Shown: positions 48,103 through 58,240, counted from the first letter of the stretch. The stretch is DNA of 64,000 nt from Candidatus Saccharimonadota bacterium (GCA_037139495.1 JBAXGG010000001.1:3025-67024), one strand, 5' to 3'. Notes: a model not told the origin generated them from the sequence alone. Translations and numbers: made by a program.

Positions 48103-49881
48103 CTAATCCTCTAAAAAGCCACCACTTTGATGAGCCCAAAGACCTGCATAAACTCCATTGTTTTTAATTAACTCTTTATGCGTGCCTTGCTCGGAGATTT
48201 TACCGTTGTCGAGAACAATGATTCTATCCATTTTCTGAATCGTGCTTAGGCGGTGGGCAATTACAATCGCAGTCCTTCCCTCCATCAATTTCCACAACGC
48301 GTCCTGGATTAACACTTCACTCTCGGAGTCCAGGGCACTCGTCGCCTCATCCAATACTAAGATTGGTGCATTTTTTATCATTGCTCGAGCGATTGCCACA
48401 CGTTGACGCTGGCCACCAGATAGTTTAACGCCACGTTCGCCAACAAGGGTTTCGTAGCCTTGAGGTAACGTTTTAATGAACTCATCAGCGTGAGCAACTT
48501 TTGCTGCTGAAAAAACAGTTTCTTTGCTCGCAGAAAAATTTCCATAACGGATATTGTTGAATAAAGAACGATGGAACATGATAGGTTCCTGGGGAACATA
48601 AGCGATACTGCGGTGTAAATCATCTTGGGTGATGCTGGCTATGTTCTGTCCATCAATAGTAATCTCACCACTATCAACGTCGCTAAATCTTAACAGTAGA
48701 CGAGTAAAAGTAGTCTTTCCCGACCCAGAATGTCCAACTAAGCCTATCTTTTCTCCGGCTTTAATTTGAACATTTAATTTGCTAAAAATTTCTTTGTTGG
48801 CGCCATCGTGTATAAAAGTCACATCATTGAAGCTGATTGTACCAAGACTTGCCTTAAATTCCTTAGGGCTCACAGGATCTTGGATTTCGGGTATGAGCTG
48901 CAAAATCTCTGTCATCCCACTGGCATTACCAAAGGCCCTATTGTAGTTACGCAAAGAGCCATTACTAAAAGTAAAAAGTTGACTCGAAATACTCGCAGTG
49001 TATGTTAGAACTAAAAAGACTGTTGCTAAGTTTGCTTTGAATGTTACGACACTGACTATCGCGATAAACAAAGCAATAACCTCTATCAGACTCGTTAAGC
49101 CAGAAAAGTATATCATCTGCCTTTGCATAGCATGCATTAGACTCATCAGATGAGAAGCGGTATTGGTAGTTGCTTTGGAATACTGTCTTTCCTCGTATTC
49201 CTTCCCGGCAAAACTCTTTATTGCCATAACGTTAGTAATACTGTCAGCCAAATAGCCGGTTTGAGCGCTTTCGGCTGCTGCATGTTCACTACTCAGGTGT
49301 CTTACTTTTCTGGTGACCCAAAAAGCAGTCGTAACATAAAAAGCTGTAAATAGTACCAAAGCTACTACGTATAGTGGTGCGCGCCTAGAAAGAATTATCG
49401 ATGTGAATATAAGCCCAGAAAATAACGGAATAACTTGATAGAAGGTTGTGTCGGCTATTTGATCATATGCTCCGAGGATTTTACTAGACTGCGATACTAA
49501 TGACCCACCAAAACTATCAGCGTGGAAATTAGCACTCTGTCCGAGCAAATGTCCGTAAACTCGCTCTGCTAGGTCACGCTCGACGTTGGCTTCGAGCCGC
49601 CAGGATAAGGTGTCTACAATCCGCCAGGTAAAGACCCCAGCGAACATTAGGCAGGTATAAAGTAACAAGGATGTACCAAAACTACCCCAAACATCATTCG
49701 GAGTAAACTGGCCTTTTGCCAATCGATTTAACACGTTCGCTAAAACTAGTGGAGGCAAGTAATTCGTAATCAAAGTTATTATAGGTATGGAAATTAATGT
49801 CCCAGCTGCGTAAACAGGATAGTGCCAGGCTTGATGCCAGTAAAGTTGTATTGTTTTAGTTGTAGTAGAGGACTTTTTCAT
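48103..49881 (-). CDS. ABC exporter, fused permease and ATPase (MsbA/Sav1866-like)
   Basis: N-terminal TMD; GHSGSGKT, VPQE, LSGGQRQR, LDEATSALD, IAHRLST. Confidence 0.95.
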   Translation of the reverse strand: MKKSSTTTKTIQLYWHQAWHYPVYAAGTLISIPIITLITNYLPPLVLANVLNRLAKGQFTPNDVWGSFGTSLLLYTCLMFAGVFTWRIVDTLSWRLEANVERDLAERVYGHLLGQSANFHADSFGGSLVSQSSKILGAYDQIADTTFYQVIPLFSGLIFTSIILSRRAPLYVVALVLFTAFYVTTAFWVTRKVRHLSSEHAAAESAQTGYLADSITNVMAIKSFAGKEYEERQYSKATTNTASHLMSLMHAMQRQMIYFSGLTSLIEVIALFIAIVSVVTFKANLATVFLVLTYTASISSQLFTFSNGSLRNYNRAFGNASGMTEILQLIPEIQDPVSPKEFKASLGTISFNDVTFIHDGANKEIFSKLNVQIKAGEKIGLVGHSGSGKTTFTRLLLRFSDVDSGEITIDGQNIASITQDDLHRSIAYVPQEPIMFHRSLFNNIRYGNFSASKETVFSAAKVAHADEFIKTLPQGYETLVGERGVKLSGGQRQRVAIARAMIKNAPILVLDEATSALDSESEVLIQDALWKLMEGRTAIVIAHRLSTIQKMDRIIVLDNGKISEQGTHKELIKNNGVYAGLWAHQSGGFLED

Positions 49882-49883
49882 AG

Positions 49884-49904
49884 CACACCGCCTCCTGCGG
49901 TGTG
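49884..49904 (-). promoter_or_regulatory. Hairpin enclosing the SD of the ABC exporter
   Basis: mRNA CACACCGC-AGGAG-GCGGUGUG, 2 nt before the AUG. Confidence 0.75.
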
Positions 49905-49954
49905 GTTAGTTTATGGGGTAAATATATTGTTTTCTAGAAGAGATACGGAAACAG

Positions 49955-50008
49955 CTAGCACTCCGCAGGGACGGGCAAAGTTGTGCCGAAAGTAGTTTGT
50001 TTGATCAT
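49955..50008 (-). CDS. Putative leader peptide MIKQTTFGTTLPVPAEC
   Basis: 17-codon ORF with purine-rich AAAGGACGAGG upstream; its 3' end is complementary to the SD hairpin. Confidence 0.65.
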   Translation of the reverse strand: MIKQTTFGTTLPVPAEC

Positions 50009-50105
50009 TGCCTCGTCCTTTCCGTTAGGTTGATGATTATTTAACAATTATACTATACTAATCAAGCATTATCAAAAATGAGCGTAAAATGGTATAATAA
50101 ATGAA

Positions 50106-51002
50106 ATGAAGAAGGTGATTCTATACTATAAGTTTGCCCCCGTTAGTGACCCGATTATGACGGTGCGCTGGCTGAAGGAACTTTGCGGTCGTTTGGCGCT
50201 AAAAGGTCGTATTATCGTTAGCCCAAATGGTATTAATGGCACCCTGGGTGGGGATCTCGACAATCTCCTTGCTTATAAACGTGAAATGAACAAATCAGTG
50301 ACTTTTAAGGGTATAGCTTATAAATGGAGTGATGGCACCGGCCAAGAATTCCCGCGACTGAGCATTAAGGTCCGTGATGAATTGGTTGCCTTTAAGGCCG
50401 CTGATCAAATTAAGGTTGATGATACGGGTGTAATTGGTACCGGCAAACACCTTAAGCCTGAGCAACTCCATAAGCTAGTCGAAGAGAACGATGATGTCGT
50501 CTTTTTTGATGGCCGAAATGCTTATGAAGCTGCTGTCGGCCGTTTTAAAGGTGCCATTGTGCCGGATACTAAAACCACTCATGATTTTGTAACAGAAATC
50601 CGAAGCAAAAAATACGAAAAAATAAAAGATAAACCAGTCGTAACTTATTGTACTGGCGGCGTGCGTTGCGAAATTTTGAGCACCCTTATGAAGCAAGAGG
50701 GTTTTAAGGATGTTTATCAACTTGATGGCGGTGTCGTTAAGTACGGCGAAAAATATGGTGACGAAGGCTTATGGGAAGGTGTTTTACATATCTTTGATGA
50801 CCGCATGCAGCATCGTTTTTCTGATAAATCTATAGACATCGGTAGTTGCGTTCATTGTGGCGGTAAGACCAGCAACTACATTAACTGCGCCAACAATGCC
50901 TGCAACCGACTGGTATTAGTGTGTGACAAATGTGATGACGGCCAGAGTGTTTGCGAGAAGACTGAGTGTAAACAATTGGTAGGACATGAACAAGCGGCTT
51001 GA
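50106..51002 (+). CDS. trhO: Rhodanese-domain tRNA uridine(34) hydroxylase (TrhO/YceA family)
   Basis: LYYKF, GRIIVSPNGINGT, DGRNAYE..VGRFKGA, YCTGGVRCE, LDGGVVKY, Cys-rich tail. Confidence 0.88.
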   Translation: MKKVILYYKFAPVSDPIMTVRWLKELCGRLALKGRIIVSPNGINGTLGGDLDNLLAYKREMNKSVTFKGIAYKWSDGTGQEFPRLSIKVRDELVAFKAADQIKVDDTGVIGTGKHLKPEQLHKLVEENDDVVFFDGRNAYEAAVGRFKGAIVPDTKTTHDFVTEIRSKKYEKIKDKPVVTYCTGGVRCEILSTLMKQEGFKDVYQLDGGVVKYGEKYGDEGLWEGVLHIFDDRMQHRFSDKSIDIGSCVHCGGKTSNYINCANNACNRLVLVCDKCDDGQSVCEKTECKQLVGHEQAA

Positions 51003-52479
51003 GGCCAAGCTGGCTCTGCTGCCCAAAGACCCCGGCGTTTACTTTTACAAGGACAAGACCGGCGAGATTATTTATGTAGGCAAAGCTGCAAATTTGCGCA
51101 ATCGGGTTCGGCAGTACTTTCAGGTTAGTCGCTATCGTGATATCAAAACCGACGCCCTTGTCGCTGATATTGTTGATGTCGAATGGATTACCGTCGACAG
51201 CGAAATTGACGCTCTGTTTTTAGAGGCAGAACAAATTCGTAGATACCTGCCGAAGTACAATATTTTGCTGCGCGATGACAAAAGCAGTAGCTATGTGCGA
51301 ATTGATTATGACAGCCCGCACCCAACGGTTACTTTTACTCATCGCCCACTAGACGACGGCGCTCAGTACTATGGGCCGTACTATAACACCCAAGCCGTTA
51401 AGCGAGCCCTCAAGTACTTACGCAAAGCCTTCCCATATAGTACGCATAACCATACCATTCCAAAGCGAGCCTGCCTGCTTTATCACATTGGTCTATGCCC
51501 AGGCCTCGAGGATGACAAGACCAGCCTTAAAGACTATCGTGATAACCTTAAAAAACTCATCAAGTACCTAAAGGGCGAGCGGATAGTTCTAATCCGTCAG
51601 GCCGAGAAAGAAATGCAGGCTTATGCTAAGGCTGGCAAGTTCGAAGAAGCTGCCATTGCCCGAAATCAACTATTCGCCCTAAAAGGTCTTAGGAAGCAAA
51701 TAATATTTTCGGATCGTGAATTTATGGATATCAGCAAAGACCAGGGTCTGGCCGGCCTGACTGATTTATTAGGGCTAACAAAGGTGCCACGCCGGATCGA
51801 AGGCTATGATATCAGCCATATGTCTGGAACTGATACGGTGGCTAGCATGGTGGTATTTACTAATGGTATTCCCGACAAAGCATCCTATCGTAAATTCAAA
51901 ATGCGCATACCTGGTAACGATGATTTTGCCCACATGAATGAGGCTATCAGTCGACGATTGAGTGAAAAGAATCGTAAAGCCTGGGGACTGCCGGACGTTT
52001 TTTTAATTGATGGCGGCAAAGGACAACTAAGCGCAGCAATTAAAGCCCGTGACGAGGCTGGCTGCAGCCATATACCGATGATCGGCTTAGCTAAACGCGA
52101 AGAAGAAATCGTCATTCACCGCGACCTATCGGCCGTTGAGCTAAACCGACCTCAAGTTATAAAAGATGATGCCTTACTGACTCAGGACGATAAGTTCATT
52201 AAAGTTCTGTTGCCGGCATCCTCTCACACAGTTAAACTCTTACAGCGTATTCGTGACGAGTCGCATCGTTTTGCGGTTAGCTATCACAGCGTTCTAAAGG
52301 GCAAGCGTCAGACCTCTAGTTTACTTGACGAAATTCCGGGAGTCGGCCCGCTGACTCGTAAAAAATTACTCCGAAAATTCGGCTCAATGAGAGGTATTGC
52401 CGGGGCCACAACCGAGGATCTTGCAACAGTCGTCGGAAGCCAAAAAGCCCTGACAATCAGCCAATATTTTGCCGATTAA
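50986..52479 (+). CDS. uvrC: Excinuclease ABC subunit C
   Basis: GIY-YIG PGVYFY...YVGKA, RIEGYDISH, LIDGGKGQL, RIRDESHRFA, HhH. Confidence 0.96.
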   Translation: MNKRLEAKLALLPKDPGVYFYKDKTGEIIYVGKAANLRNRVRQYFQVSRYRDIKTDALVADIVDVEWITVDSEIDALFLEAEQIRRYLPKYNILLRDDKSSSYVRIDYDSPHPTVTFTHRPLDDGAQYYGPYYNTQAVKRALKYLRKAFPYSTHNHTIPKRACLLYHIGLCPGLEDDKTSLKDYRDNLKKLIKYLKGERIVLIRQAEKEMQAYAKAGKFEEAAIARNQLFALKGLRKQIIFSDREFMDISKDQGLAGLTDLLGLTKVPRRIEGYDISHMSGTDTVASMVVFTNGIPDKASYRKFKMRIPGNDDFAHMNEAISRRLSEKNRKAWGLPDVFLIDGGKGQLSAAIKARDEAGCSHIPMIGLAKREEEIVIHRDLSAVELNRPQVIKDDALLTQDDKFIKVLLPASSHTVKLLQRIRDESHRFAVSYHSVLKGKRQTSSLLDEIPGVGPLTRKKLLRKFGSMRGIAGATTEDLATVVGSQKALTISQYFAD

Positions 52480-52514
52480 TAGTGACGTAAAGTTTGATAT
52501 AATAGGTTAACGGT

Positions 52515-53738
52515 ATGTACCACCATTTCTCAAAGGAGTTTTTTGTTTCCAACCGCCTACGTCTGCGGGAACTGTTTGTGGGAACCGCGCCGATCGTAAT
52601 TACCGCTAATGGCGTTTTGCAACGTAACGGCGACGGAATCTTTAGTTTTAGGCAGGATAGTAGTTTTTGGTATCTGACCGGCATTAAGCAGTCGGACGTT
52701 GTTTTGGTGATGGATAAAACCAAAGATTATTTGATTCTGCCAACTCAGCAAGATTATTTAGATATTTTTCACGGTAGGTCGGACCCAATTGCCTTACAGG
52801 CCATATCTGGCATTGATACCATCTATAAACAAGAAGAGGGCTGGAAACGGCTGAATAGCCGTCTAAAGCGGGCAAAACACGTCGCGACTCTGTCAGCTAC
52901 CCCAGCCTACGTTGAGCAACTTGGGTTTTACGCCAATCCTGCCCGGGCACAATTATTAGACCGCATCAAGCTGGCCAATACTGAAGTCGAGCTACTAGAC
53001 CTAAACCCTCAATTGTCCCTGATGCGGGTTCTTAAGCAAAAACCCGAACTAGAAGCTTTGCAGGAAGCGATCAATATCACAGTTAAGGCAATTAATTTTG
53101 TTCAAAAACGCCACTATGATCATGAATACCAGCTGGAAGCCGAAATTACTAGGCAGTTCCGTAAAGCCGGTACTCAGGGGCACGCCTTTACACCAATAAT
53201 CTCTGCTGGGGCAAATGCCTGCATTCTTCATCGTGATGAAAATGACGCCACTATTAGCGACAAAGACTTGATTACCCTAGACATTGGCGCCGAAGTCGAT
53301 AATTATAGCGCCGATATTAGCCGTACCTATAGTCAGGCCAAGCAGCCGAGTAAGCGCCAGAGAGCCGTTCATGATGCTGTGATTTCCGTTCAGGACTACG
53401 CGTTCAGTTTAGTTAAACCGGGTGCCTTAATAATAGAAAACGAAAAATTGGTCGAGCATTATATGGGAGAAAAATTACGTGAGCTGGGCTTGATTCAAAC
53501 GATTAACCGTGACAGCGTCCGTAAATATTTTCCGCATTCCACGTCACACTTTTTGGGTTTGGATGCGCACGACACTGGTGATTATAGTCGCCCCCTCGAA
53601 CCGAGTATGGTCATAACTGTCGAACCCGGTATATATATTCCTGAGGAGGGAATTGGAATTAGGATCGAGGATGATGTACTGATCACCACTGATGGCTACA
53701 AGGTGATGAGTGATAAGTTACCAAGATCAATCTGTTAG
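52515..53738 (+). CDS. pepP: Xaa-Pro aminopeptidase (M24B)
   Basis: FRQDSSFWYLTG, DIGAE, ADISRT, HFLGLDAHD, TVEPGIY, GIRIEDDV. Confidence 0.92.
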   Translation: MYHHFSKEFFVSNRLRLRELFVGTAPIVITANGVLQRNGDGIFSFRQDSSFWYLTGIKQSDVVLVMDKTKDYLILPTQQDYLDIFHGRSDPIALQAISGIDTIYKQEEGWKRLNSRLKRAKHVATLSATPAYVEQLGFYANPARAQLLDRIKLANTEVELLDLNPQLSLMRVLKQKPELEALQEAINITVKAINFVQKRHYDHEYQLEAEITRQFRKAGTQGHAFTPIISAGANACILHRDENDATISDKDLITLDIGAEVDNYSADISRTYSQAKQPSKRQRAVHDAVISVQDYAFSLVKPGALIIENEKLVEHYMGEKLRELGLIQTINRDSVRKYFPHSTSHFLGLDAHDTGDYSRPLEPSMVITVEPGIYIPEEGIGIRIEDDVLITTDGYKVMSDKLPRSIC

Positions 53739-53775
53739 ATTTGGTACAACTGGGGTACAATAGATCGTAACTATT

Positions 53776-54147
53776 ATGAACAATGCAACTGGTCGGTTTC
53801 TATTACGTTGGTTTGTCTGTGGATTGGGCCTGTGGATTGCTGCCTTGATTTTGGGGGGAAGTCGTTTAACTGTACAAAGCAGTCTGCTGGTCTTAATTGT
53901 GTCCGGCCTCCTGCTTGCGATTCTAAATACCGTAATTAAACCTCTAGTGGTAATCCTATCTTTACCGGCAATATTGTTTAGCCTGGGGCTATTTATGATC
54001 GTTATTAACGGCTTAATGGTTTTGTTGGTGAGTAAGCTCTACGCTTCGCTTCAGGTAGAAAACTTTGGCGCCGCGATGTTGGCCGGAATGATCATTGGTT
54101 TTGTTAACTATTTAGTGACAACCATCCTCGATAGACGGAGCAGCTAA
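53776..54147 (+). CDS. 4-TM phage-holin-like (DUF360/YvlD) membrane protein
   Basis: LNTVIKPLVVILSLP..LFSLGLFMIVING pattern. Confidence 0.85.
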   Translation: MNNATGRFLLRWFVCGLGLWIAALILGGSRLTVQSSLLVLIVSGLLLAILNTVIKPLVVILSLPAILFSLGLFMIVINGLMVLLVSKLYASLQVENFGAAMLAGMIIGFVNYLVTTILDRRSS

Positions 54148-54186
54148 GGCTTTCGCCATGAGACGCTTTGCTCTACAATACAGTAA

Positions 54187-54402
54187 ATGAGTATTTACAA
54201 CTATCTAACTATCGCCTCAGCCATATTGCTGACAATCCTAGTTTTGGTTCAAACCCGTGGCGCAACGCTTGGTGCTGGTTTGGGCGGTGGTGGGGAAGTT
54301 AATACTGTTCGGCGTGGATCCGACAAGACACTACATCAAATTACTATTATTGTGGCTTTCGTTTTTGCTGCTTCAATTTTATTGAGCGTGGTTATTAAAT
54401 AG
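54187..54402 (+). CDS. secG: Preprotein translocase subunit SecG
   Basis: LVLVQTRGATLGAGLGG...RRGSDKTL, two TM segments. Confidence 0.9.
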   Translation: MSIYNYLTIASAILLTILVLVQTRGATLGAGLGGGGEVNTVRRGSDKTLHQITIIVAFVFAASILLSVVIK

Positions 54403-54421
54403 TTCGTATTAGAGGTGGCTA

Positions 54422-56209
54422 ATGGTTGATCGAGCAACAAAATTGCGCTGGCGCCGACGTTTTCGGCGCAGTCGGAAGCAAGTTGAGAGTATCGGCGAAC
54501 AGGCCGAGCAACATCTAGAAGCGCATGTTATTTCCCGAATCGCTCGTCTTTGGAAAGTACGCCGCTTTTTAACGGCCTGGACACTACTAATCGTTCTATT
54601 AATTACGACTCTAGTTCTTCAGACTAGAGCCCTGAGCATTTACTACCAATCACTACAGACCATACCCGGTGGCACATACACCGAAGGTATCCTGGGAAAT
54701 TTCACTACCGCCAACCCGCTCTATGCTACAGGTTCCGTGGATACCTCAGTTTCGCGTTTGGTTTTCAGTGGACTTTTTAAGTACGACTCAACCAATAAAT
54801 TAGTCGGTGATTTAGCTCAATCTTGGAGCGTTAATGACAGAGGCAATGTATACACCGTCATTTTAAAACCAAACCTACACTGGCAAGACGGCCAGGCACT
54901 AAGGTCAGGGGATGTCGTCTTTACTTATAGAACTATCCAAAACCCCGACGCCGAATCAGTTCTTTTTAATAGCTGGCAAGGCGTAAAAGTTGCTGCCACT
55001 GACAACCAGACCATCACTTTCACCCTGCCTCAAGCACTCAGCTCTTTCCCGTACTCTATGGTTAATGGCATCATTCCCCAACATATCTTGGCAGGAGTTC
55101 CAGCATCACAGCTGCGTTCAGTTTCATTTGATACTGCCCATCCAGTCGGTGCCGGGCCTTATAGCTGGAAGACCATAGAAGTTACGGCCGCTGATCCGGA
55201 AAAACGCGAAGAACGAATCGCTTTGTATCCAAACAAGTATTATGTTGGAGGTAAACCCAAGTTGGACGGCTTCATTGTTAGAGCCTTCCATAGTGAGGCT
55301 GCAGCTATCGATAGCTTTAATAAGCAGGAGCTAGACGGGGTAGTTGGTTTTAACAGCGTACCCGCTAAGATCACTAAGAATACATTGGTTCGGCGTTATA
55401 GCTTTCCGCTAACTAGCCAAACCCTAGTTTTCTTCAAGACTACAGAGGGCGTCTTGGTCGATCAAGCAGTCCGCAGGGCACTCGTTCAGGCTACTGATGT
55501 GCCCGCAATCGCAGTCACTTTAGGCTACCCGGTACAAACTGTCGATGAACCATTTTTGCGGTTTCAACCCGGCTACAATAAATCTTTAGCCCAACTAGCC
55601 TTTAATGTCGTTGCTTCCAATCAAGCCCTAGATGCGGCCGGCTGGGTAAAAGGCAACGACGGAATTCGGACTAAAAATGGACAACCTCTGACCTTCACGC
55701 TAACGAGCGTAGATACCCCAGAGTACTCTGCTATTACTAAAAAGCTTCAGCTGCAATGGCGTGAAATCGGTGTTAATTTGCAAATTAGCTTGCAGCCGGC
55801 CAGTGATTTACAAACCGCACTGGCCTTTCATAACTACGATGCATTATTGTACGGCATTTCGATCGGGGTGGATCCAGATGTTTTAGCTTATTGGCATAGT
55901 TCTCAGGCCGATATTCGATCGGCCAATCGTTTGAATTTTTCTGAATACAAATCTGCCGTTGCCGATAAAGCTTTAGAAGCTGGCCGAACTAGGTCGGACC
56001 CCAGTTTAAGAGCGATTAAGTATCGACCGTTCCTAGAATCATGGCGTAACGATGCCCCGGCCGTCGGTTTATATCAGCCCCATTTCCTATACATAACCCG
56101 TCAGACGGTTGGAGGTCTAGTTGAGCATACTATTAACACTCCAACCGATCGATATAGCAATGTTCAAAATTGGACAATTCGTGAATCTAGCCAGGATCTA
56201 CCTCAATAG
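54422..56209 (+). CDS. OppA/DppA-family (SBP family 5) substrate-binding protein, TM-anchored
   Basis: VFSGL...GDLAQSW, WQDG...DVVFT, PVGAGPY, VRRAL, QLQWREIGV. Confidence 0.9.
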   Translation: MVDRATKLRWRRRFRRSRKQVESIGEQAEQHLEAHVISRIARLWKVRRFLTAWTLLIVLLITTLVLQTRALSIYYQSLQTIPGGTYTEGILGNFTTANPLYATGSVDTSVSRLVFSGLFKYDSTNKLVGDLAQSWSVNDRGNVYTVILKPNLHWQDGQALRSGDVVFTYRTIQNPDAESVLFNSWQGVKVAATDNQTITFTLPQALSSFPYSMVNGIIPQHILAGVPASQLRSVSFDTAHPVGAGPYSWKTIEVTAADPEKREERIALYPNKYYVGGKPKLDGFIVRAFHSEAAAIDSFNKQELDGVVGFNSVPAKITKNTLVRRYSFPLTSQTLVFFKTTEGVLVDQAVRRALVQATDVPAIAVTLGYPVQTVDEPFLRFQPGYNKSLAQLAFNVVASNQALDAAGWVKGNDGIRTKNGQPLTFTLTSVDTPEYSAITKKLQLQWREIGVNLQISLQPASDLQTALAFHNYDALLYGISIGVDPDVLAYWHSSQADIRSANRLNFSEYKSAVADKALEAGRTRSDPSLRAIKYRPFLESWRNDAPAVGLYQPHFLYITRQTVGGLVEHTINTPTDRYSNVQNWTIRESSQDLPQ

Positions 56210-56280
56210 CTAGCCTTGAGTTTTTGCTTCAAAAATCGTACTATAAACAGCGATACTTAGGTAGAAGTACTCTTGCTAAT

Positions 56281-56367
56281 GCCGCGATGGCGAAATTGGT
56301 AGACGCGCTAGTTTCAGGGACTAGTGGGGGCAACCCCGTGGAGGTTCAAGTCCTCTTCGCGGCACCA
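56281..56367 (+). tRNA. tRNA-Leu(CAG)
   Basis: Anticodon arm CTAGT-TT-CAG-GG-ACTAG, long variable arm, GTTCAA, CCA. Confidence 0.96.
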
Positions 56368-56419
56368 GCGACAGTGCTTAGCCGAACTTATCAGCCTGTG
56401 GTATCATTAACACCGAAAT

Positions 56420-58057
56420 ATGAGTAAAGTAGCGCATTATTTACAGGAGCACGTCCTCGGCGAAGTTATGACTTCGGCCGATCTTCGAAAACATTTTTCG
56501 ACTGACGGTAGTATTTTTACAGTTACACCTTCGGTTGTATTGTACCCTCGAAACGAAAATGATGTTCGTAAAACCGCTCGGTTTACCTGGCAACTAGCCG
56601 AAAGGGGGCGAGTTATACCAATTACAGCTCGAGGTCGTGGCACCGATCAGGGCGGTGGTGCGATTGGTAGTGGGATTGTGATGGTATTCCCGGCTCACAT
56701 GAATCATATTACCGAAATGGATGCTAAGAGCGGCTTAGTTACTGTTCAACCTGGCATAAACTATGGTCATTTGCAGCAGACCCTGCACACTCATGGCCGT
56801 TTCTTACCTCCGTACCCAGCTTCTTTTGAATACAGCAGTATTGGTGGTGCGATCGGTAATAATGCCGGCGGTGAAAAAAGCATCAAGTATGGCAAGACTC
56901 GCAAATATGTGCGTAGCTTGCGGGTTGTTTTGGCTAACGGCGAAGTGATTCACACCGGCCGGATTAACAAGCGTGAAGTAAATCGAAAACTTGGGCTAGC
57001 CAGTTTTGAAGGTGAGATATATCGTTCGCTCGACAAGTTGTATGAAGAAAATCAAGAACTAATAAATGATGACCCCATAAAAGTTACAAAAAATTCGGCT
57101 GGTTATGATATTTGGGACGTCAAACGCAAGGACGGATCAATCGACCTGACATCACTATTTGTCGGTTCTCAAGGCACCCTGGGTATTGTTACGGAGGCTG
57201 AATTATCTACCGAAGCATATAGCGCCCAGTCAACCCTGATTGTTGCAGCCGTCGATGATATACAGATTGCTGAACAGATTGCCATCGACCTGCGCGCTTT
57301 ATCTGACCGGCCAAGTGCCATCGAAGTAGTTGACCAGAATTTACTTGATTTTATTGATAAACATAACCCGAACCTTTTAAAGGATGTTGTTCAGAAGCCA
57401 TTTCATAAGCTAATTTTGCTCATTGAGTTCGATAACAGTAATGACCGTATGCAAAAAAGGATGACTAAAAAGGCTGAAAAGATACTTAAGCATTATGAGG
57501 TTAGCTATCAAACTGAGAAAGATGCCGATCATCAAGCCGAGCTGTGGAATATTCGGCGTAGTGCCGCGGCAGTAATCGCCCATAATGAAGGAAATTTAAA
57601 GGCGCTGCCATTAATTGAGGACGGCATTGTCCCAACCGAAAAGTTTAAAGATTTCCTGGACGGTATATATAAACTTCTCGAAAAGTATGGACTTAAAGCT
57701 GCTATTTGGGGACATGCTGGAGATGCTAATTTGCACATGCAGCCATTCTTGGATTTATCAGAGATCGGTGACCGCCAAAAATGCTTTAGACTAATAGAAG
57801 ATTACTATCAGTTGGTGATCAGTTTAGGTGGTAGTACTACTGGCGAACATGGTGATGGACGCCTTCGTGCCCCTTACGTAGAAAAACTTTATGGTTCTGA
57901 AATCTATAGCATTATGCAGCGCGTAAAACAGATATTCGATCCGCATAATACACTTAATCCAGGTGTAAAGATTAACGTTGGGTTAGAGGATATCAAGCCC
58001 CTCTTGCGCCACGAATATAATATGGAGCGTTTATTTGACCACTTGCCTAAGAGCTAA
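56420..58057 (+). CDS. FAD-binding oxidoreductase (GlcD/D-lactate dehydrogenase-like)
   Basis: ARGRGT, SIGGAIGNNAGG, VGSQGTLG, GHAGDANLH, GEHGDG, FDPHNTLNPG. Confidence 0.9.
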   Translation: MSKVAHYLQEHVLGEVMTSADLRKHFSTDGSIFTVTPSVVLYPRNENDVRKTARFTWQLAERGRVIPITARGRGTDQGGGAIGSGIVMVFPAHMNHITEMDAKSGLVTVQPGINYGHLQQTLHTHGRFLPPYPASFEYSSIGGAIGNNAGGEKSIKYGKTRKYVRSLRVVLANGEVIHTGRINKREVNRKLGLASFEGEIYRSLDKLYEENQELINDDPIKVTKNSAGYDIWDVKRKDGSIDLTSLFVGSQGTLGIVTEAELSTEAYSAQSTLIVAAVDDIQIAEQIAIDLRALSDRPSAIEVVDQNLLDFIDKHNPNLLKDVVQKPFHKLILLIEFDNSNDRMQKRMTKKAEKILKHYEVSYQTEKDADHQAELWNIRRSAAAVIAHNEGNLKALPLIEDGIVPTEKFKDFLDGIYKLLEKYGLKAAIWGHAGDANLHMQPFLDLSEIGDRQKCFRLIEDYYQLVISLGGSTTGEHGDGRLRAPYVEKLYGSEIYSIMQRVKQIFDPHNTLNPGVKINVGLEDIKPLLRHEYNMERLFDHLPKS

Positions 58058-58139
58058 TCCATGTTTACCTCTTGAGTTTTTGCCCTAAACATCGTAAGAT
58101 TGCTAGGTTCTTTGACAGTAAATTGCCAAATATACATAG

Positions 58140-58223
58140 GCGCGAGTGGTGAAATGGTAGACACGCTAGTCTGAGGGACTAGTGCCGCAAGGCGTGGAGG
58201 TTCAAGTCCTCTCTCGCGCACCA
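58140..58223 (+). tRNA. tRNA-Leu(GAG)
   Basis: Anticodon arm CTAGT-CT-GAG-GG-ACTAG, variable arm, CCA. Confidence 0.96.
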
Positions 58224-58240
58224 TGTTTACCACGCAATAT

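Noticed and set aside
34767-54147. Prophage suggested by baseplate-J-like and holin-like genes
   Set aside because: They are 17 kb apart among housekeeping genes, with no integrase, capsid, terminase or tail genes.
56224-56427. 67-aa ORF
   Set aside because: Overlaps tRNA-Leu(CAG); spurious.
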